NCBI GenBank assembly: GCA_030835305.1
Contig: JAURPJ010000032.1
Coordinates: 29,368-93,367 of the forward strand
DNA from: Verrucomicrobiota bacterium
GTDB taxonomy: Bacteria > Verrucomicrobiota > Verrucomicrobiia > Verrucomicrobiales > Akkermansiaceae
DNA length: 64,000 nt
Direction of reading: 5' to 3'
Numbering within the stretch: position 1 is the stretch's first letter; each line of letters begins with the position of its first letter. A program made the translations under genes and the position numbers. The notes beneath the pieces were generated by a model, which had not been told where the DNA came from, did not search any database, and worked only from the letters and a program-made list of their open reading frames with translations. This document shows positions 57,559 through 64,000 of this stretch, one piece after another.

Positions 57559-59583
57559 TTACTGAAGGTGCTGCTGGAAAAATTCAATGCGTTTACGGCG
57601 GAAGTGTGGGGCCTCGCCTCCGCCATGTCCGGCTCCGGGGATCATGTAGAAGGTGAAGTCCTTATCGGCTTTGATGAGATCGTTGACAATCTGGTAGGTT
57701 GAGGAGGGATCGACGTTTTTATCCATTTCGCCGACGGTGAGCATGAGTTTTCCCTTCAGTTTGGGGATGTGGGTGCGGTTTGAGTTCTCGATGTAGGATT
57801 CGTTGATGGGCCAGTCGAGCCATTGTTCGTTCCACCACATTTTGTCGACGCGGTTGTCGTGGCAGCCGCAGTCCGAGACCGCAACTTTATAGAAATCGGG
57901 ATGATGAAGAAGGGCGGCGGTGGAGGATTGGCCGCCGGCAGAGCCTCCGTAAATACCCACTCGGGTGATGTCCATTTCGGGATGCTTGGCGGCAGCGGCT
58001 TTCATCCACTTAATGCGGTCGGGAAAGCCGGAGTCCTTGAGGTTTTTGTAGGCGACTTGCTGAAATTTTTTCCCCCGGTGGTTGGTCCCTAGGCCATCAA
58101 TTTGGACGACGATGAACCCGCCTTCCGTCATTTCGTATTTGTGACTCGACCAGCTGCTCCAGCTTTTGGGGACAAAGGATCCGTGCGGGCCAGCATAGAT
58201 GTTTTCGATGACAGGGTACTTCTTTCCTTTTTTGAAGTTGCGGGGTCGCCAGATCACCCCGTGAATGTCGTATTCGTTATTGCGGTCTTTGCAGACGAAG
58301 CGCTCGGGGAGTTGCCAGTCGATTTTGAGTTCGGGCTTGTTGAGGGTGGCGACGATTTTGGTGTCGGAAGTACGGCGGACTTCGTAGACAGGGGGGTGAT
58401 CAACGCGGGACCATTTGGCGAGGTAGTGTGTTTTGTCGGGTGAGAAGGAAATCTCGTGGGTGCCGTCTGATTCGGTGAGAAGGGTTAGTTTGGCAGTGTC
58501 GAGATTAACGAGGGCGTAGTGGAGATAGTAGGGGTCCTGGTCGGAGTAGTAGCCGGAGACTTGGAGGAGCGCGGTGCGTTTGGCTTCATCGACGGAGACG
58601 ACGTTGCGGAGAACCCAGTCTCCGCTAGTGAGGGGGCGTATGACATCGCCTGATTTGCGGTCGAGGAGATAGAGGTGATTGTAGCCGGTGCGTTGGCTGA
58701 GCCAGAGAAATTCCCTTTGATTGCCAAGGAGGCGGTAGTAGCAGTGTTCAAAGACATGAACGAATTTGTCTGATTCTTCGGCGGCAAGGATGCACTGGAA
58801 ACGGGTGTCCGCGTCGATTTCAATAAGGCGGTATTTTCCGAAGCCACGCTCAATGTAGGCGAGGGTAAGGCGGTGGTCTTTTTCGTGCCAGCAAAGATCT
58901 GAAATGGAGTAGGGGTTTTTGATGAGGGTGGGACTGACGGGGATAGATTTGCGGTCGTCGGTGAAGAAGATGACCGGCATGGAGACATTACGTTTGTCGC
59001 CGGGTTTTTCGTAGTTGTGAACGATGTGCCGGGGTTGAAGCTGATCTTTTGGGGAAGATTCAACCAAGTGGACCTGGTAGGTGGGATGTTGGGTCCGGTG
59101 GGTGAGGTAGAAGCACGAGGAATCGGCATGCCAATGGACACGGGAGTCGTAGTTCGATCCTTTGGGGGGCGGTGGAAGCTGTTTCGTTTTGCCGCTGTTC
59201 AGATTTTTGAGACTGGGTTGGTTTTCAAAGATCACTTCCCATTTGCCATCGGGAGATTTTGGTGAAGACCCGGTCTTGTTGCGATCTCCTCCCGGCGCAA
59301 AGGCTTTGGGTTCGACGGAGGGTTTCGCCTGTTTGTTGAATTGGGCTTCGTCAACGTTGCCTGACTGAAGGTTAAGTTGATAGGATTTCTCCGAGCCATC
59401 GAGGTTGGCTTTGAAGAAGAAGGTTTTGTTGTCCCCGGACCATCGGTGGGGGAGTCTGGTGTTGGGAACCTGGGTCCGCTGTTTTTCATAGAGATCCTGC
59501 ATATTCTTAAGCCAAGATTTTGTGCCACCGTGTTCGGCAAGGAGGGGCAGACTCAGGGTGAGAAAGGCAATGATTCGGAGCAT
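57559..59583 (-). CDS. Dipeptidyl-peptidase IV-like S9 family serine peptidase
   Basis: Signal peptide. N-terminal propeller region. Nucleophile elbow GIYGGSAGG. ..GEMDKNVDP.. ..IPGAGHG.. Confidence 0.8.
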   Translation of the reverse strand: MLRIIAFLTLSLPLLAEHGGTKSWLKNMQDLYEKQRTQVPNTRLPHRWSGDNKTFFFKANLDGSEKSYQLNLQSGNVDEAQFNKQAKPSVEPKAFAPGGDRNKTGSSPKSPDGKWEVIFENQPSLKNLNSGKTKQLPPPPKGSNYDSRVHWHADSSCFYLTHRTQHPTYQVHLVESSPKDQLQPRHIVHNYEKPGDKRNVSMPVIFFTDDRKSIPVSPTLIKNPYSISDLCWHEKDHRLTLAYIERGFGKYRLIEIDADTRFQCILAAEESDKFVHVFEHCYYRLLGNQREFLWLSQRTGYNHLYLLDRKSGDVIRPLTSGDWVLRNVVSVDEAKRTALLQVSGYYSDQDPYYLHYALVNLDTAKLTLLTESDGTHEISFSPDKTHYLAKWSRVDHPPVYEVRRTSDTKIVATLNKPELKIDWQLPERFVCKDRNNEYDIHGVIWRPRNFKKGKKYPVIENIYAGPHGSFVPKSWSSWSSHKYEMTEGGFIVVQIDGLGTNHRGKKFQQVAYKNLKDSGFPDRIKWMKAAAAKHPEMDITRVGIYGGSAGGQSSTAALLHHPDFYKVAVSDCGCHDNRVDKMWWNEQWLDWPINESYIENSNRTHIPKLKGKLMLTVGEMDKNVDPSSTYQIVNDLIKADKDFTFYMIPGAGHGGGEAPHFRRKRIEFFQQHLQ

Positions 59584-59617
59584 GGCGAAAGGTATCTTGG
59601 GTTTTCTGTTCGGATAG

Positions 59618-59654
59618 AAAAAAACGGTGGCCGGGAAGAATCCCGATCACCGTT
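59618..59654 (-). terminator. Strong rho-independent terminator after the thioredoxin-fold gene
   Basis: The minus strand reads AAAACGGTG-AT-CGGGA-TTCT-TCCCG-GC-CACCGTT followed by TTTTTT. Confidence 0.75.
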
Positions 59655-59674
59655 TTGATGAGGTTTTTTAAGAA

Positions 59675-60373
59675 CTAGGCTTCGTCTTTTTTAGCGGCGG
59701 CTAGGGCTGCAGCTTTGCCGCGGGCGACTTCCTTGCCTTTCCGGTCGACAAGAATGTAGGAGGGCATTGGAATTCCGCCTCCCGGGAAGAAGGGGCTTAC
59801 GAATTGCCCGGTATCGAGATCTTCGCGCAAGATCGTAGGCCAGGGTTGATTGAATTGCTTGGCCCATGCGGTGGCCATATCTTCGGACCCATCGAGTGAA
59901 ATGTGGACCATCTCAAGGTTGGGATTGGTTGCAATTTCCTTATTGTAGGTCTCCGCTAACTGCGGGGCGCCATTACGACAGGGGCCTCATGTGCTGGCTG
60001 CAAAATAGAGAAGAAAGTATTTTGGAACTTCCTCGAGTTCATGTTTGGTAAACTTGGAATTCTCGAATTTTTGAAGCTTCCTGAGGGTCTTGCCAAACTT
60101 GCTTCTGGAGAACTCTTCAGCAGCGATCTTGTTGGCTTCGGCCGAGGCGATTTTCTCGTCTTCCGCTTTGGCCCACTTCTGATCTTCTTCCGAAAGAAGC
60201 GTAAGTTTGAAGGTCATCTGCTTGATGCCGCGTTTAACGGTGACCGAGGTGCCATCGCAAGAGACAAAGTCCCCTTCGAAGGTTTTCGAGCCATCGGCGC
60301 TGGTCCAGGTGCGGGACTGACCGAGGCCTGCCAACATGAGGGATGTGATTGCTGTAAGGATGGTTTTTTTCAT
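59675..60373 (-). CDS. Secreted SHD1-module + TlpA-like thioredoxin-fold protein with an in-frame UGA at the CxxC (candidate selenoprotein, T-U-G-P-C); alternatively a nonsense-mutated gene
   Basis: Track ORFs 59987..60580 and 59675..59911 share one frame (59989-59911=78). Read-through from ATG 60373 gives MKKTILTAITSLMLAGLGQS..RTWTSADGSKTFEGDF..LSEEDQKW..VPKYFLLYFAAST[TGA 59989-59987]GPCRNGAPQLAETYNKEIATNPNLEMVHISLDG..GGIPMPSYILVDRKGKEVARG. Confidence 0.6.
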
Positions 60374-60449
60374 AAAGGATCCAGCCCTCAATACGAAGCT
60401 GTGGAGCAATTTTGTCTCACCAAAGGCGATTTTTTGCCGAAACGTTCCG

Positions 60450-61883
60450 TCACTCCCCGGCTGCGAGGCTTTTGGCCATGCGGGGAAAGAGGATCCAGTG
60501 GAGGGGCAGAACGGCATACCAGTATGCTCGTCCAAGCAGTCCGCGGGGGCGGAAGGTGGCGGTTTGGATGAGTTGGTCATCGGTGATCTCGAATTGGAGC
60601 CAGGCTTCGCCGGGCATTTTCATTTCTGCTGCGAGAATCAAGCGGGCGGATGATTGAGCATGGCCCCGGTCGGAGAGGACGACGCGCCAGAAGTCGAGGG
60701 CGTCGCCGGGGAATAGCTCGGTGGGGTGGCGTCGGCCGCGCCGGATCCCGGTCCCGCCCATGAGGCGGTCCATCCATCCGCGAAGTTTCCAGGCCCAGTT
60801 CATCGAGGGTCAGCCTTTGGCGCCGCCAAGGGACCACACGGAGGTTATGGCTTGTTCACGTTCGGATTTGAGAGAGAAGGTTTGTTTGTCGGAGAGGATG
60901 CCGTGCGAGGGAACTTGCACAGATTGAAGAAAAGCGGGATCAAGATGACCAGAGGCGAGAGAGTCAAACCACGAGGAGGGAACCTTGTTCTGGGCGATAC
61001 GAACAAAGGCTTTATCGATGGCTTGTTCGTAGGTGAGTAGGTTCTGGGGGATAAGCTTGGAGAGGCGCTCGTCTTGGCAGATGGTTTCGTTTACGAGAGA
61101 TTGGACGAGGGACTTAGCGAGCGGGTAGCTGGCGGCGGTGACGAGGTAGAGCCAACGCGCGGAAAGCCCCGGGGTGAAAAACGGGATGGGTATGATCAGG
61201 CGCTTGAGGTGACGTGTGGAAGCGTACCCGGTGAGGAGTTTGCGGTAAGAGAGCATGTCGGGGCCGCCGATGTCAAATTCCTCGCCAAGGGTTTCTTCGT
61301 GTTCGAGGACTCCGGTGAGGTAGCCGATGACGTTACGGATGGCGATGGGCTGGCAAAGGTTGGCAGTCCACTTCGGGGTGATCATGAAGGGGAGCTTTTC
61401 GGCGAGGTCGCGGATGATTTCGAACGAAGCTGATCCTGAGCCGACAATGATGGAGGCGCGGAGGGTGGTGACGGGCGTGGGACCCTGACGAAGGAGATCG
61501 TTGACTTTTTCGCGTGAGGCGAGGTGGGTGGAAAGTGAGCCCTTTGGGACAAGTCCGCTGAGATAGATGACTTGGCGGGACTTGATCCAGCTGGTGAAGC
61601 GGTGGGCGCACTCGGCTTCGCGTTCTGCGAAATCACTTCCGGTTCCCATCGAGTGGAGCAGATAGTAGGCGGCGTCGATGTCTTTGGGAACGGGCGGAAG
61701 GTCGCCCAGGAAATCTCCTTCCAGCAGTGTGAGTTGATTGTTCGTAATGAATGGGCGGAATTGTGAGGAGGGGAAGCGCGGAATGGAGCGTACGATACAG
61801 GTCACGGTATGGCCCGCTTCCAGCAGGGTGGGAAGCAGGCGCATGCCAATGTACCCATTGGCGCCGGTGAGGAGAATGTGCAT
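60450..61883 (-). pseudogene. YbjT-like NAD(P)-binding SDR + DUF2867 protein split by an in-frame TGA (60812-60810)
   Basis: MHILLTGANGYIGMRLL.. (ATG 61883) ..ITSVWSLGGAKG[TGA]PSMNWAWKLRGWMDRLMGGTGIRRGRRHPTELFPGDALDFWRV..MKMPGEAWLQFE.. The two track ORFs (60810..61904, 60450..60803) are in frame. The joined length of 477 aa matches single-chain homologs such as E. coli YbjT (about 476 aa as I recall). Confidence 0.6.
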
Positions 61884-61935
61884 GAGACAACGCAAGCTAG
61901 CCACAAATGGCGAAAAGGAAAACGACTCTTGGGCT

Positions 61936-62853
61936 CTAATTGGCGTAGAAGGGAATCAACCGGAGGAGGGATTCACCAAGATCGAGGAAGTTGTTCCACC
62001 ACTGAAAAATGAAGCTCGCAAGTTGCACCTCGCGTGAAGTGGCGCAGAGGATGACGGAGAAAAGGACGAGGTTGGCGAAGATGATGATCATCAGCGAGAG
62101 GAAAGTCCCGTTCTCTTTGAGATCGGGTTGATCCTTCGGTATCATCCAGACAGTCCAGATAATGTGGAAGGTCCAGGTAAAGCCGAGGATTCCGGTGAGG
62201 ATAAGGCTTCCGGCGGGTATTTTCCACCACAGACTTACAAAACTGTGAAGGGAGATGATAACGGCCGACCAGAAGGGAATGAAGTAGGGCGAAAGGGCGA
62301 TGAGAATATTGGATTTATTGGTCATCACATATCCACCCTCGGTGCTGAAGTGAATTGCGCTGATACGCCCCCCGCAGACGTAAACAAACATGGCGTGGGT
62401 CATTTCATGTCCCAGCACGTAGAGGTAAAGCAGGCGGTCGTTGGCGATTCCGGCGATGAACCAGCTGATCATCGAGCCCATTCCGGCGACGAAGCAAAGG
62501 AGTTCGGTGGAATACCAGATGGTTTGAAAAATTCGTTCCTCACCGCTCTCTTTCATGAGGGTGATGGTGGTGATGAAGCAGAGCGGAATGAGGAGGATTG
62601 CTAATCCCCAGTGCAGAATCCGGCGGACCAAAGTGAGGTGGATAAAGTCATCCTCATAGAGGTCATCCGCTTTTGCGGTGTCGGCGATGGCTGCTTGGCG
62701 GGTCATGCCGTGGCGTCTGCGATTGCCCCGGAAATTGACCTGGCTTTGTGCACGTTGGTGAAGGTTGAGCAGGCTGGTGCACCAACCGGCGCGGCGCTTC
62801 TGGCGGGTGCGGGCGCGTTGGTTGAGTTTGCTGGAAAGTCTGCGATTGGCCAT
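61936..62853 (-). CDS. Polytopic membrane protein with an HExxH motif (M50B-like / DUF3267-like putative zinc metallopeptidase)
   Basis: LYVLGHEMTHAMFVYVCGG embedded among about six hydrophobic segments. Basic N-terminal tail. Confidence 0.55.
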   Translation of the reverse strand: MANRRLSSKLNQRARTRQKRRAGWCTSLLNLHQRAQSQVNFRGNRRRHGMTRQAAIADTAKADDLYEDDFIHLTLVRRILHWGLAILLIPLCFITTITLMKESGEERIFQTIWYSTELLCFVAGMGSMISWFIAGIANDRLLYLYVLGHEMTHAMFVYVCGGRISAIHFSTEGGYVMTNKSNILIALSPYFIPFWSAVIISLHSFVSLWWKIPAGSLILTGILGFTWTFHIIWTVWMIPKDQPDLKENGTFLSLMIIIFANLVLFSVILCATSREVQLASFIFQWWNNFLDLGESLLRLIPFYAN

Positions 62854-62947
62854 CGAGATGGTTAAGTTAACTAAATGATTCTGAAAAATAAAGCGAATGT
62901 CTTGGATTCCCTGAGCCTTCTGGCTTGCTCCTTGCTACGGTGAGCCT

Positions 62948-64000
62948 GTGAGCGACGAAAAAGAAGTGCCCGGTCTGGTGAAAATTGATCCCTGGCTCGC
63001 GCCTTATATCCGGATGATTCGTGACCGGACGGCCCGGTTTGAGGAGCGCCTGGCCGAATTTGGATCGTTGTTGGATTTTGCAACGAGTCATCAACGGTTG
63101 GGCCTTCATCGCGAAGGGGACTTTTGGGTATTCCGGGAGTGGGCTCCGCGGGCCAAGGCGCTCTTCCTGACCGGCGATTTTTGTGATTGGTCGCGTGTGG
63201 AATATCCCTTGCGGCGTTCGCCCGGACTGGGGATTTGGGAGGTCAGGATTCCCGGTCAGGCGATAAAACATGGCGATTTGTATAAAATCCACATCGTTGG
63301 GGCTAATGGCGCTCATGACCGTATCCCGTCGCATGCCACCTATGTAGTGCAGGACGAGGAGACCAAGGTGTTTTCAGCTCAAGTGCAGGATGCCCCCGCG
63401 TATGAGTGGCGGAACGAAGCCCCTGGGGCGGTTAAGATCCCAAAGATCTACGAGGCGCATGTGGGCATGGCCACCGAGGAGTTCAGGGTGGGGACGTATC
63501 GTGAATTTGCGGACGATGTTTTGCCGCGCCTCGCTCGTTTGGAATACAATGTGGTGCAACTCATGGCGATCGCCGAGCATCCTTATTACGGGTCATTCGG
63601 ATACCACGTTGCCAACTATTTCGCGCCAAGCTCGCGATGCGGTCCGGCCGAGGATTTGAAATATCTCATCGATACCGCCCACGGGATGGGGATTGCGGTG
63701 TTGATGGATATTGTGCACTCGCACTCGGTCAAGAATTTCGCGGAAGGACTGTCATCGTTTGACGGAGAGGAGGGGCTTTATTTTCACGAGCGCGACCACC
63801 CGCAATGGGACTCGCGACTTTTCGATTACGGTCGGGCCGAGGTCTGTCGGTTCCTGCTCTCAAATGTGGCTTACTGGATGACCGAGTTCCGCTTTGATGG
63901 CTTCCGCTTCGATGGGGTGACCTCAATGCTGTATCACCACCATGGCAATATCGCTTTCGATCACTATGATAAATATTTTCTGGATGGGGTGGAATGGGAT
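62948..64000 (+). CDS. glgB: 1,4-alpha-glucan branching enzyme (GH13, eukaryote/Bacteroidetes-like type), N-terminal 351 codons; continues beyond the window end
   Basis: Not in the ORF track (runs off the edge). My translation from GTG 62948: VSDEKEVPGLVKIDPWLAPYIRMIRDR..FREWAPRAKALFLTGDFCDWS..IYEAHVGMA..YNVVQLMAIAEHPYYGSFGYHVANYFAPSSRCG..VLMDIVHSHS..FRFDGFRFDGVTSMLYHHHG. Track ORF 62867..63334(-) is a shadow. Confidence 0.85.
   Translation, partial: MSDEKEVPGLVKIDPWLAPYIRMIRDRTARFEERLAEFGSLLDFATSHQRLGLHREGDFWVFREWAPRAKALFLTGDFCDWSRVEYPLRRSPGLGIWEVRIPGQAIKHGDLYKIHIVGANGAHDRIPSHATYVVQDEETKVFSAQVQDAPAYEWRNEAPGAVKIPKIYEAHVGMATEEFRVGTYREFADDVLPRLARLEYNVVQLMAIAEHPYYGSFGYHVANYFAPSSRCGPAEDLKYLIDTAHGMGIAVLMDIVHSHSVKNFAEGLSSFDGEEGLYFHERDHPQWDSRLFDYGRAEVCRFLLSNVAYWMTEFRFDGFRFDGVTSMLYHHHGNIAFDHYDKYFLDGVEWD

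Noticed and set aside
60754-60768. Hairpin CCGCC-UCAUG-GGCGG downstream of the second in-frame UGA (60812-60810) as a possible SECIS.
   Set aside because: It begins about 40 nt after the UGA, at the outer limit for bacterial SECIS elements. The interrupted column aligns with an aromatic residue rather than Cys in homologs, so selenocysteine is not a sensible reading there.
62867-63334. Track ORF 62867..63334(-), 155 aa.
   Set aside because: It is antisense to the clear GH13 branching-enzyme frame (62948..64000, plus strand), which the track omits because it runs off the right edge.

Overview
This 64-kb chromosomal window looks like a PVC-superphylum genome, most likely Verrucomicrobiota. The evidence is three PSCyt/PSD + DUF1501/DUF1552 gene pairs, three DUF1080 paralogs, three Cys-type sulfatases, SHD1-like modules, and a TGTTC-N4-GAACA-type LexA box in front of lexA. 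Housekeeping blocks are interleaved with genes for secreted accessory enzymes. The housekeeping blocks are: a selO fragment; rpoZ-smpB; rpe; lexA; porin-pstS-pstC-pstA-pstB-phoU; a dcw cluster mraZ-rsmH-ftsL-ftsI-murE-murF-mraY-murD-[LysM gene]-ftsW; a sigma-70 gene; hisG; serS; and a glgB fragment. I saw no rRNA, tRNA or CRISPR array. Main hunt results: (1) A TlpA-like thioredoxin-fold gene carries an in-frame UGA exactly at the first Cys of its CxxC motif, making it a candidate selenoprotein (T-U-G-P-C). It is fused to an SHD1 module and has its own strong terminator. (2) The neighbouring YbjT-like SDR/DUF2867 gene is also split by an in-frame UGA. (3) The dcw cluster stops after ftsW at an AT-rich scar that contains an IS21-family IstA remnant and other decayed ORFs. 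(4) A 34-codon hyperbasic ORF (bS22/AURKAIP1-like) is absent from the ORF track and has its own terminator. (5) There is a LexA box, a candidate MraZ operator and several intergenic inverted repeats. (6) The density of interrupted reading frames is unusually high. All family calls come from reading motifs by eye. No database search, folding or statistics were run. Start codons are my choices and may be off. Two edge genes (selO, glgB) are missing from the ORF track because their frames run off the window.
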